Positions 1 to 11,711 of a stretch of DNA of 64,000 bases are shown one piece after another. This DNA comes from Octopus vulgaris (Eukaryota), in assembly GCA_951406725.2 (NCBI GenBank), contig OX597820.1:121892001-121956000 (forward strand), in the 5' to 3' direction. The position numbers and the translations under genes are program-made. Positions within the stretch are counted from its first letter, which is position 1. Every line of letters begins with the position of its first letter. The notes under the pieces were generated by a model. The model was given only the letters and a program-made list of their open reading frames with translations, ran no database searches and was not told the DNA's origin.

Positions 1-356
1 ATTCCTCCTGTGTTGTGTGCATTTACAGCTCGTTGGACTGACCCATTTCGGACTGTTTGGACAGGTCACTTTTCTCATTTATTTTATAACTAAATTTCGT
101 TCACTCATGCAAATCATCTTCTTTTAGTTTTGTTTACACCAGAACCGGTTGCTATAATCCCGAAGTTGTTGTTATCCTCGTTGTTGTTGTTGATGCTGTT
201 GTTGTTTAGACCCACTTTAGTTCTGATCAAAGAAAACTCAGAGTTATTTCGGCCGCAAAAACCCGCTCTCTCTTTTATTTTAGAGACTGCTTGGGTGTTT
301 GTTTGTGTGCGAGTATGAAGCGTTGTGTGTATGTGCGCGTGTGTTAGACAAATGTA

Positions 357-381
357 TACACACACACACACACGCACACAC

Positions 382-451
<70 letters not shown>
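357..451. repeat. (CA)n microsatellite
   Basis: Near-perfect CA run seen directly; source of the CVCV/HTHT ORFs. Confidence 0.97.
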
Positions 452-456
<5 letters not shown>

Positions 457-949
457 CATTCTGTGTTGAATGCAAACCAACACGTTCAGAGAAGTTTTGT
501 GTGGTTCGTTCTTCTGTTATCATCGTGATCTGAGCCAAAGTTCAGTGTTTCGGTCACCTCCGGGTAACACTGTCCGAAATATGTTGAACAATCAGCATTC
601 TCTCTCTCTCTCTCTCTCTCTCCCTCTCTCTCTCGCAATCTCTCTCTCTCTCTCTCTCTCGCTCTCTCTGACATTTGCCCATTTTTCAGGATTGAACAAA
701 TATTCAAAAGTATAATCGCAGTTTTTATGTGTTTGGCATTGCTGGGTGCTGCATTCGAGTGCACTCTTCGTCTAATTGAATCCAATCACGACCAATCTCA
801 CACAACGTCAATACCAGTTACATTCTAGGGTTTAACTCTAGGAGTAAATAGAAGGGAAAAAGAGACTAAGAGGGAGCAGAATCAAGGAATTTGGTTCATA
901 GGCGTTAAAATATGTATTTATTTATCATCTAACTTTTACTTTATTACTA

Positions 950-950
950 A

Positions 951-1021
<71 letters not shown>

Positions 1022-1048
1022 CTGTTGTCGTCATCATTATTATTATTA
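950..1048. repeat. (ATT)n/(GTT)n compound microsatellite
   Basis: Seen directly. Confidence 0.95.
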
Positions 1049-1594
1049 AGTGAGAGAGCAGTGCATGCCATCAAAGTGACACTGGGATAAAATATACGAA
1101 GCCCAGTATAACCATCATGATTACCCGTCTGATAAGGGTACACACATCATAAACATATGTGCGCGACATGGTGATCTCATATCAAGATAAACAGCGCATG
1201 ACCTTGCAAGTGGGGCCCAGTTAGAATTCTCTTCTGGTCGAGTAGCCCACCCCGCTCAAAAGGTCCCTGAATATGATTGTTTAAGGATGTTGAACAAACA
1301 ACCCATATTTCTAAAGGTGAATTATCCAAACTCAAAAGAATTCCTCTCAATACATGGCTATGATGTTCCCCCATTACTTCTGCTCATGATCAGGGACGCA
1401 CGTATCGTCAGCCACTAAGGGACATGCTCAACTGGTTAAGGTCAAACAACTGACAAGCAAATCTGTGGTATTGAGCAGAATATTTGCTGTAGCCCATCTT
1501 TTATACCAAGACAAAACAATGTACGTGATAACAGTTCCAATCAGTTAAGATCAGAAGCCATGAGAACCACTGCCTGGTACTGCATCAGAGCATT
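1049..1594 (-). mobile_element. ~550-bp non-coding interspersed repeat associated with (TAA)n; longest copy in the window
   Basis: Begins GTGAGAGAGCAGTGCATGCCATCAAAGTG and recurs at 24367, 26421 and 43248. All copies are flanked by ATT repeats. Strand inferred from which end is invariant. Confidence 0.85.
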
Positions 1595-1644
1595 CAAAAC
1601 GTTATTATTATTGTTGTTGCTGTTGTTGTTGTTGTTAATCAATA

Positions 1645-2908
1645 GTCTTATTCTTATAGCGTGCTTTCACTTCACTACCGAGCGCAGCTCTATGTGCCTT
1701 GGGTATGTGTTGTGGTTTGCTGTGATGATTTTACGGTTACTGTATTGAAAGTGTTTTGCGTAGGATGTGCCCAGTCGTGCAATTTTCTGTATCTTATATA
1801 TATTTGAAAGTTCTGGTGTTTTTGTTATGTACTTGTCTGAATATTACTTTATCATACCGAATGCGCCCACTATGATAAGAATTGTTTCTGTTTTTAGATT
1901 CCACATTCTAGTTACCTTTATTTCCAGGTCTTTGTGTTTTGAAAGTTTCTCCATTTCTTTTAGAGACACGTCGTCACCTGCTGGTATTGATACATCAATA
2001 AGAAAGCATTTTTCCCCTCATGATCTTTGACAAATATATCTGGTCTGTTGGCCTTAATTTCTCTATCTGTGTGTATTGGCATATCCCAGAGTATGGTTGA
2101 TTTCTCGTTTTCTGTGACCTTTCTTGGCGGTGCCTATACCATCTTTTTTCTGTTGTTATTCCATAGTGTTGGCATAGCTTTCAGTGTATGTAGGTCCCAT
2201 CACAGTCGTGTCTGTGAATATATTCCTTCTTAGCCAGGACTGGGCAGCCAGAGATAATGATTTATTGTTTCTTGTCCATCTCCACATATTCTGCAGTTAC
2301 TTGTTATATTTCTTTTCATTACATGTTTTTGGTCATTCCTGGTGGGGAGGCTTTGGTCTTGTGCTGCAATTAAAAATCCTTCAGTCTTTGCTTTGAGTCC
2401 TCAGCTTCTCAACCATTGCTGGAATTTTTCTTTGTCTATTTCTTTTGCATTTAGTTTAGTCCAGTATTTGCCATGAATGGGCTTTTCTTGCCATCGTTTT
2501 ATCATGGTCCGTTGCTGTTCTAGTTTTAATTTGGTTTTCAATTGTTTTATAGCTTTTGTTGTTTCTTCTTCATATTTGTTAGGTAGTATGATTTCTTGTT
2601 TGTATCTGTCAGCTTCTTTAAATACTGAGAACAGTTTTTTGTTTTGTTCGTGTTTTGTGGCTATTTGTATTAGTTTTCCTCGCTTCTGGAGCAAGTACTT
2701 TTGCAGTCCTATGGTGGTTATTTTGTAATAGTTTTTCAGCTGTATAAGGCCTCTACCACTTTCTATACGTTGTATATATAGCCTTTCTATGTCAGATTTT
2801 GGGTGGTGCATCCTAGATCCTGTCATTCTTTTTTCTTGTTTTCCTGTCTATTTTGGTTAGTTCAATTAATGTCCAGTTACGGATATTGTAGCTGTAACTT
2901 ATAACTGG
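1645..2908 (-). mobile_element. 5'-truncated R4/Dong-clade non-LTR retrotransposon (RT thumb, CCHC knuckle, REL endonuclease, 3' UTR)
   Basis: Minus-strand peptides PVISYSY..IDRKTRK, HHPKSDIERLY..GRGL, WQEKPIHG, TEGFLIAAQDQ, CRICGDGQETINH, ANRPDI..CFLIDVSIP and KLSKYKDLEI. Frameshifts and stops present. The 3' UTR matches 29760-29842. Confidence 0.9.
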
Positions 2909-3090
2909 GGAGAATTCACAAAAAAAAAGAAGCAAAAAATTTAAGACAAGCGTTGTAGACAACAAACAGTTTAGTTTAACGCTCGGGAAGTGAAAAAGTC
3001 TTGAACGTTTCGAGCCTTCGCTCTTCCACAGAAAGGAACACAGAAAGAAACAAGGAGAGAAAATAAAGAATGTGTAGTGGCGAGTGATCT
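2907..3090 (-). mobile_element. Short non-autonomous repeat (Penelope-like pLTR type) with a minimal hammerhead motif
   Basis: Homologous to 7441-7640 and 11201-11372. Minus strand 3000-3035 reads CTTT-CTGTGGA-A-GAGC-GAAG-GCTC-GAAAC-GT-T-CAAG. Confidence 0.7.
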
Positions 3091-3127
3091 ATATATGTGT
3101 GTGTCTGTCTGTCTGTGTGTCTGTGTA

Positions 3128-3303
3128 TACGACAGGTTTTTATTCAGTTTCCGTCCATCCGTCCACCAAATCCACTCAAAAAGCTTTGATCAGCTCAAGG
3201 TTGTAATAGAAGTGACTTGCCGAAGGTGCCACTGAGTGGAACTGAACCCTGAACCATGTGGTTTGGAAACAAACTTCTTAACACTCAGCCTCGGCTGCAT
3301 CTA
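3128..3303 (-). mobile_element. 5' half of abundant SINE family A (tRNA-like head with CORE-like body)
   Basis: Matches the reverse complement of the head region of 10283-10663. Confidence 0.8.
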
Positions 3304-3509
3304 TTAATTTACTTATTTTTTTGGGTTTTTTGTGATTGAAATCTCCCGAAATGTTTCGCATATGTTATTCGATCCTGCTACACTCATTCCACTTACATGT
3401 GTTGATGTGGGAATGTTTTGCAGAATCTCTGTGACAACTCGGGGGGCGGGGATGGTGCGGCGCTGCAATCTGCACTAATTCATACTGATGACATCTTGTT
3501 AAAATTTAG

Positions 3510-3600
3510 CTTCTTCTTCTTCTTCTTCTTCTTCTTCTTCTTCTTCTTCTTCTTCTTCTTCTTCTTCTTCTTCTTCTTCTCCTCCTCCTCCTTCTTCTTC

Positions 3601-3639
<39 letters not shown>

Positions 3640-3650
3640 TTCTTCTTATT
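3510..3650. repeat. (TTC)n/(ATC)n microsatellite
   Basis: Seen directly. Confidence 0.95.
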
Positions 3651-4194
3651 ATTATATTTATTGTTTAACATCCCATTTGGACCCCCCTCCTCACTCTATC
3701 TTTTTCTCTCTATCTCTGTCAATCTCCCTCATACGATTTTTCACCAATGTAAATAAAGCACCTCCGACCATGACATTCCAGTTGTTCAATCAACAAAGCA
3801 ATTTGTTCGACGTCCGACAGCTAAACATGGCAGCCAGTTTTACTCTCAACATCTTTAGACGAAATCAGCGAGACAAAATGTGTGACAAAGTACAGTACCC
3901 CATCTGAATTACTGGTACGATCCATCCTACGAATTTCCACACAATATTCGTCTAATCATTTTATAGTCATAAGGCTAGAAGTTGACCCGGAGCAAAACAC
4001 ACGGGTCTGCGCGGGTGCAGGGTTGTAAGATCGACTCCTTGGTTCTGCGATGCCCAAATAAATTTTACTTATCAGCCAATCAGCGTCACCAAATCTAGCT
4101 TCGTCGCTGATTCTTGTTGTTGTTGCTGTTGCAGTCGTTCTTTCATTCTTTTCACTCTTACCTTCTACTACTTATCCGAGGATGAATCAACTCG

Positions 4195-4398
4195 AGGCAT
4201 CTCAAAGGTCATTTGATTTGCTAGAAATAGCGGCACAATCCCCTCCCAACCCAGCCTATCATCTTAAGCAAAGAAACGACACATTATATAACATCGACCC
4301 AAGAAATCCACTTAAAGACGAGATGGTCAGAAATGGCTTTGATCATAGTCCTGCCATAATCAACGTTGACCTGGGGTTAAATTACATCTGAAACAACA
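4195..4398 (+). mobile_element. Old degenerate retroposon 3' fragment (CTAGAAATAGC...GGGGYTAAAC family)
   Basis: Similar degraded pieces occur at about 7040-7165, 23180-23545 and 36630-36725 (minus) and 36890-37020 and 37190-37340 (plus). Confidence 0.5.
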
Positions 4399-4961
4399 TT
4401 TCTCTTATCTTTTTTGTTGGTGTGTGTGTGTGTGTATATAAGTGTGTTTGTGTCTATGTATGTGTATGTTTGTATGTGCGCATGACTTTTGTGTGTGTAT
4501 TTGCGTCTTTGCGAATGACCATGTGTGGATAACTATATAGGAGTGTCTATGTGTGTGTATGTGTGTGTATGTGTGTGTGTGCGTGCAAGCAAATATGTAT
4601 GTGTATGCATGTTTGTTTTTATATGTTTGTGTATGTCATTATTTTTTATTTTTTTTGTAAGTTCAGACATTTTCATATATTTCTTTTTTCTTATTTTTTT
4701 ACTTTCGTTACTAAAACTTCAACGACTGTTACTGCTGCTGCTGCTGCTGCTGCTGCCGCTGCTGCTGCTGCTGATGTAGTAGTAACAGTAGATCCTATTA
4801 CTTTTATCAAATTATTTTTCTCCCTTTCCAAAACTCAACCTTATCCGCCTCTCCATCCTCGCCCATCCCTAACTTTACACCATCTTCATCCCTTATCTTT
4901 CTTTATTTTACTATCTTATTTGATGTATTTATATTACTCGTCCTGGTGGCAAATAAAAGAG

Positions 4962-4994
<33 letters not shown>

Positions 4995-5161
4995 GTCGTT
5001 GTCGTCGTTGTTGTTGTTGTTGATGTTGTTGTCGTTGTTGTTGTTGTTGTTTTTGTTGTTGTTTTGTAGCCCTGGTACTACGTTTTCTGGACCAAAATCT
5101 AAAATACTTACACTGAAGATTCCGTTCCAAATAACTTTGATTGTTTTATGATAATCTTCAG

Positions 5162-5219
5162 GAAAGAAAGAAAGCAAGAAAGAAAGAAAGAAAGAAAGCA
5201 AGAAAGAAAGAAAGAAAGC

Positions 5220-5250
<31 letters not shown>

Positions 5251-5272
5251 CAAGAAGGAAAGAAAGAAAGAA
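5162..5272. repeat. (GAAA)n microsatellite
   Basis: Seen directly. Confidence 0.95.
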
Positions 5273-5861
5273 AACCCTTTCGATGTTTTCTCTTTTAGAT
5301 TTTGTTGCTTGTTTCTGAAACGGTGCTTCTGCTTGTTTGGACAATTCCAAAGACTAGGATTACTTGGAGAAGATTGATAAAGTTAGTTTGGTGATGCTAG
5401 ACTTTCTTTGGTCTGTTGTGGTTGTCGTTGCTGTTGCTGTATTGAAAGGGTGTTTATGAGAGATTCGTGGAAGCGCCGAATAAGATGTACCATGTGTTCA
5501 AAACCCGTCGAGGAACGCTTCGTCTTTCATCCTTCAATGACATATCTACCAGTAATTTATTTGGGGTAGATACTACCGACAGTTTATTACCTCAGACTGC
5601 TACTCTTGTGAAAAAGCTACAAATCATCATCATCATCATCGTCATTGTGGTCGTTGTCGTCATCATCATCATCAGTGGTGACGATGGGGGCTGTGTCGCT
5701 GGCAGCGATGTTACGATACAAAATCGGTGGATGAAATGCCTCGCAGTATTTCTTCCGCCCTTTTTACCTTCTGTCTTCAGATATCACCTCATGACAACAT
5801 CACCTTTTGTTCCAACAAAGTACAGTAAAAATCTGGTACTCGTCCTGGTGGCAAATAAGAG

Positions 5862-5913
5862 ATCATCATCATCATCATCATCATCATCATCGTCATCGTC
5901 ATCATCATCATCG

Positions 5914-5950
<37 letters not shown>

Positions 5951-6555
5951 TATCATCATCATCATCATCGTTATCGTCATCATCATCGTCATCATCATCA
6001 TCGTCATCATCATCATCATCATCGTCATCATCATCATCATCATCATCATCGTCATCGTCATCATCATCATCGTCATCATCATCATCATCGTCGTTATCAT
6101 CATCAACGTCATCATCATCATCGTCATCATCATCATCATCGTCATCATCATCATCATCATCATCGTCATCGTCATCATCATCATCGTCATCATCATCATC
6201 ATCATCATCGTCATCATCATCGTCATCATCGTCATCATCATCAACGTCATCATCATCGTCATCATCATCATCGTCATCATCATCATCATCATCATCGTCA
6301 TCATCATCATCGTCATCATCATCATCGTCATCATCATCATCGTCATCATCATCATTGTCATCATCATCATCGTCATCATCATCATTGTCATCATCATCAT
6401 CGTCATCATCATCATCGTCATCATCATCATCATCGTCATCACCATCATCATCGTCATCATCATCGTCATCATCATCATCGTCATCATCATCATCATCGTC
6501 ATCGTCATCATCATCATCATCATCATCATCGTCATCATCCTCATCATCATCGTCA

Positions 6556-6586
<31 letters not shown>

Positions 6587-6604
6587 TGTTGTAGTTGTTG
6601 TCGT
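5862..6604. repeat. Long (TCA/TCG)n trinucleotide array
   Basis: About 740 bp seen directly; source of the poly-S, poly-H and poly-M ORFs. Confidence 0.97.
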
Positions 6605-7211
6605 TTTGTAGCCCCGGTACTACGTATTAGAATGCAAAAGTGTGCGAAAATGCGAAAAGCAGGAGAGGCCGAAGAATTCGATTGAAATATTGCCAAGACG
6701 TTACCCAGCTGTGAGGAAGTAAAATAATGGACTACCATCTTCATTGCTGCCCTCAGTTCAAAACTGGTTGTAAATACATCTTCCTTCTGTTTATGAAGAC
6801 AACATTCAAACGAGATTTTCTTGACAAGAATCCAAGACACAAAAGACAACTAAATGTTATGGAAATCAAGGAATCAGAATTTTCCTTGTTTCTGGAATCA
6901 TTTGGGATTTCTGGTGCAGCATTTAATTCTTATTATGTGCTGTTTGTACCATAGGAAATCGCTGTTGCCGGTTAATTCTGAGTCAGTTATGATTGAAAAC
7001 ACCTCTAAACAAAATCAAACGATAATGATGCTTAATTCAATGAGTTTCAAGACGTGGCTAAGTCTACAACCAAACAATACAGTCTTTCCTTCCTTGTCTA
7101 AAGATAAAAGAGTTATTTCAGAGAGATTTCACTGCTATTTCTTGCCTGACAAATGACCGCGTAGACGATACCTATGAATTATTAAATTCCGTGAGGATGT
7201 ATATAATTGAG

Positions 7212-7440
7212 GTATGTATGTATGTATGTATGTATGTATGTATGTATGTATGTATGTTTGCATGTATGTATGTATGTTTGCATGTATGTATGTATGTTTG
7301 CATGTATGTATGTATGCATGTGTGTATGTATGTATGTATGTATGTATGTATGTATGTATGAATGTATGTATGTACGAATGTATGTATGTATGACTATGTG
7401 TATGTTTCTATTTATGTGTATGTATGTATATTTATATATA
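7212..7440. repeat. (TATG)n microsatellite
   Basis: Seen directly. Confidence 0.95.
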
Positions 7441-7640
7441 GGGAGAATTTACGAAAAAAAACAAAAGACGAAGACAGGTGGTGTACAAAACGAACAGATG
7501 TATTAGTATAACGCTCAGGAATAGAAAAAGTATTTTACGTTTCGAGCCTACGCTCTTCTACAGAAAGGGACACAGAAAAAACAAGGAGAGGAAAGAATGT
7601 GTGTAGTGGCTAACGATCTATCATGGCGACTAGTGCCGGA
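7441..7640 (-). mobile_element. Short non-autonomous Penelope-like repeat with a minimal hammerhead motif
   Basis: Minus strand 7532-7567 reads CTTT-CTGTAGA-A-GAGC-GTAG-GCTC-GAAAC-GT-A-AAAT. Flanked by TA-rich repeats. Confidence 0.72.
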
Positions 7641-8183
7641 CATATATAGATATGCATATAATATAATATATATATATGCATGCAATTCACTTCTTTTGTG
7701 TATATAATCTGGTAATGCGAAATGATTGCAGGGCAAAACATTGAATTAAACATAAGGATGGCTTCATTAAACATTTGGCTTACAACAGGAATTCATGTAC
7801 ACACAACCTACACATAAATGCATACCTTCATACATGAACACACCTATACAGCTATTAAACAGCACATACAAGTGCACACACACACATACACACACATGCA
7901 TATATGTGCGGGTACATAACTTTTCTCTATTTCTTAGTCTTTCGCTTTCTTACTCTTCCTCTGTTAGCACAAACACACGTACGCACACGCACGCACACGC
8001 ACGTACAAATATATACACACACTCTCATACATAAACACACTCATATGCACGCACATATATTTATACACGCACACATACACACACACATATATATACAAAT
8101 ACATATATATATATATATATTACGATTTTCTCATCAACCTTTATGCATACATGCATATATATATATATATATATGTATATATA

Positions 8184-8262
<79 letters not shown>

Positions 8263-9261
8263 GCATGTATGTATATAAATGTTGATGAGAAAATCGTAAT
8301 TTATATTTATATTGTTCGCGATTTAAAATACAAAACATATTTTCCGTCTCGGAGATCCAAATTCATTCTTATACGTGCAGATTTGATCCAAGCGTGTGTG
8401 CGTGAGTGTGTATGTGTGTATATGTGTGTGTATGTGTGTAGTTATATGAGCGTAAGTGTATATGTGCTTGTGTGAGTGCATGTGCATACTCGTGAGTGTG
8501 TTTGTGTGTTTGTGTGTGTGTGTGCGTGTGTGTGTGTGTGTGTGTACGTGTGTGTGTGCGTGTGTGTGTCAGTGTAACGTATGACTGCGTCAGCATTAGC
8601 AAAGTCCGGCAATAAGATTGGGAAAAATCCCCACAAAATCGCTCCCATGATTCTCGGTCACAATAAAACGGCAATAAAAACCCGGTACTAAAATCATGGG
8701 AAGAGATAAGATTGGGAAGATTCCGAAATGTCCATAGTCTTTGGAAATTTATTGTTCCAAACAAAGCATGCAACACTGAGAAAGGAAATTGAAAAAAAAA
8801 CCTCTCGGAAAAAGATGTGAAAACCTGCAACATTTCTGCTCGTTTTCAATAACAATGAATCTAAACGTAACTCGTTGCATTAAGTACCTCGTTGGGAAGA
8901 TACTAGCTGCAGTCGTTGGTTGGTTTGTTCGGCGCTGCAATATTTATTCCCACTGTTAAGGAGAACTGTCATTATCTTTTTTTTTATATTCTTCCGTATA
9001 AAGCTACTGCAACTTTATACGTACTCTTGTCACACAGCTCCACATCCGCAAAAATACGCTTACACTTAAACCTATATATGTCTGTGTGTGTGTATGCACA
9101 TATATATATATATGACCGGCACGCTTAGCCGGCGTGGTGGCGTCATTTGAAGGCTAAAACAATGCGAAGCGCATTGTGACCAGTGATGTGTAGCAACATC
9201 TGATAGCCTGGTCGGTCACGTGATCACGTGATATATATAGACACACATATATATATATACA

Positions 9262-9299
<38 letters not shown>

Positions 9300-9306
9300 T
9301 ATCTAC

Positions 9307-9339
<33 letters not shown>

Positions 9340-9407
9340 TGTATACGTATATATATACATACACACAAACATGCATGCATATATACATACATATATACGT
9401 ACGTACG

Positions 9408-9450
<43 letters not shown>

Positions 9451-9780
9451 CTATATATATATATATATATGTATAGCGTGTGTGGTGCGAACTCTCAGAT
9501 CGCTTAACGGATGCGGTTTCAGCAACACTTAGTTGCACAGTGTTCTTTCAAGAAAACCCTGAAGACTTGCTCTGCTGAACAACCTGCTCCATGGATATTA
9601 TTGTCTTGAGCATGACTTGTGTACAATCAGCCTCACTGTCTCGCCTTTCTAATTACAGAGTTCAAATCTAAATAGATTTGGCATTATGTTCTATCTTTCT
9701 ACACTTCAGGTAATAAAGCCTCGGCATCCGCTTTGGTCATTTAAGCCGATTATACACCTTCACAACAATTTCATATTACA

Positions 9781-10180
9781 CTTTTACACCTTTACTTGTT
9801 TCAGTAATTTGACTGTGGCCATGCTGGAGCACCGCCTTTAGACGAGCAAATCAACCCCAAGGCTTATTCTTTGTAAGCCTAGTACTTATTATCTCGGTCT
9901 CTTTTGCCAAACCGCTAAGTTACGGGGACGTATACACACCACCATCGGTTGTCAAGTGATGTTGGGGGCACAAACACAGACACACAAACACGCATACATA
10001 TATATATACATATATACGACGGGCTTTTTTCAGTTCCCGTCTACCAAATCCACTCAAAAGGCTTTGGTCGGCCCGAGTCTATAGTAGAAGACACTTGCCC
10101 AAGGTGCCACGCAGTGGGACTGAGGCCGGGACCATGTGGTTGGTAAGCAAGCTACTTACCACACAGCCACTCCTGCGCCT
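9781..10180 (-). mobile_element. Full-length SINE family A
   Basis: Minus strand starts AGGCGCAGGAGTGGCTGTGTGGTAAG (A-box-like), has a CCTTGGGCAAGTG CORE-like segment and an internal (TA)(TG) tract, and ends CTGAAACAAGTAAA. Confidence 0.9.
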
Positions 10181-10282
10181 ATATTAGAAATGTTTTACCT
10201 TGTTTGTACAATTAAAGTAATCCATGCGCTCTAAGTTTAATCATGTCAACTGCTGGTTATTTATAGAATCAGGATTAGCCCC

Positions 10283-10663
10283 GGTAAGTAGCTTGTTTAC
10301 CAACCACATGGTTCCGGGTTCAGTCCCACTGCGTGGCACCTTGGGCAAGTGTCTTCTACTATAGCCTCGGGCCGACCAAAGCCTTGTGAGTGGATTTGGT
10401 AGACGGAAACTGAAAGAAGCCCGTCGTATATATGTATATATATATATATATATATATGCGTGTGTGTGTTTGTCCCCCTAGCTTTGCTTGACAACCGATG
10501 CTGGTGTGTTTACGTCCCTGTTACCTAGCGGTTCGGCAAAAAAGACCGATAGAATAAGTACTGGGCTTACAAAAGAATAAGTCCCGGGGTCGAGTTGCTC
10601 GATTAAAGGCGGTGCTCCAGCATGGCCGCAGTCAAATGACTGAAACAAGTAAAAGAGTTAGAG
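10283..10663 (+). mobile_element. Near full-length SINE family A, inverted relative to 9781-10180
   Basis: Contains a GGTTCAGTCCC B-box-like motif and the same body and tail as the neighbouring copy. Confidence 0.9.
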
Positions 10664-10919
10664 CGGTAGGACGGTAAGGTATTATAGTAGGTGTCCCTTC
10701 TGACTCAGTCCCCATCTTGGGTAGCTAGGGAAATTAAGGTATATGGTTTGAGACCCAAGCTAAGAAGAGCCAAGCCACTGAAGTGGATTTCGAATGAAAC
10801 CATTTTCGCAGTTTTCTACTCAGAATCTAGAAGACATCATCAAATGTCTTATACAAGCTAAATTATATACCCGACACTTTATTCACTATGTATATATATT
10901 CTTTCCTTTACTGAGCGAA

Positions 10920-11008
10920 ATTATCCTTCTTTCTTTCCTTTCCTGGGCGTTCAATAACCCAATACTTGTTCCACGCCCTCGCGTTGTTGTGTTTCTCTTT
11001 GTTTGGAT

Positions 11009-11013
<5 letters not shown>
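10920..11013 (+). mobile_element. Fragment of the 48374-48581 repeat family, in the opposite orientation
   Basis: Its reverse complement TAGTTAATCCAAACAAAGAGAAACACAACAACGCGAGG matches 48376-48420. Confidence 0.7.
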
Positions 11014-11083
<70 letters not shown>

Positions 11084-11113
11084 TGTATGCGTATATATAT
11101 CTATATATATATA

Positions 11114-11183
<70 letters not shown>

Positions 11184-11200
11184 GGAGAGAGAGAGAGAGA

Positions 11201-11372
11201 GATCCATGATATATCGTTATCCACTACACACATTTTTTCTCTCCTTGTTTTTCTGCGTCCCTTTCTGTAGAAGAGCGTAGGCACGAAACGTAAAAGTCTT
11301 TTTCTATTCCTGAGCGTTATACTGATACATCTGTTTGTTTTGTACTCCACCTGTCTTTCGTAAACTCTCCAC
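11201..11372 (+). mobile_element. Short non-autonomous Penelope-like repeat with a minimal hammerhead motif
   Basis: 11261-11296 reads CTTT-CTGTAGA-A-GAGC-GTAG-GCAC-GAAAC-GT-A-AAAG. Reverse complement of the 7441-7640 family. Confidence 0.72.
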
Positions 11373-11374
11373 TA

Positions 11375-11391
11375 CATATATATATATATAA

Positions 11392-11461
<70 letters not shown>

Positions 11462-11546
11462 ATATTCATATATATATATATACATGTATATATTCATATA
11501 TATATATACATGTATATATTCATATATATATATATACATGTATATA

Positions 11547-11605
<59 letters not shown>

Positions 11606-11656
11606 GAGGATAATATCGATATTTAAGTATCCATATTATCTAGTGGCCAGCATGGG

Positions 11657-11710
<54 letters not shown>
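11375..11710. repeat. (TA)n array with interruptions
   Basis: Seen directly. Confidence 0.95.

Positions 11711-11711
<1 letters not shown>

Noticed and set aside
29-64. 36-nt microexon (TTTACAG|...CAG|GTCACT; LVGLTHFGLFGQ)
   Set aside because: The donor is weak and the upstream context is cut by the window edge; cannot be supported without RNA data.
5467-6685. Long ORFs (375-aa poly-Ser, 292-aa poly-His, 261-aa poly-Met)
   Set aside because: Translations of a (TCA)n microsatellite, open in several frames on both strands; no domain.
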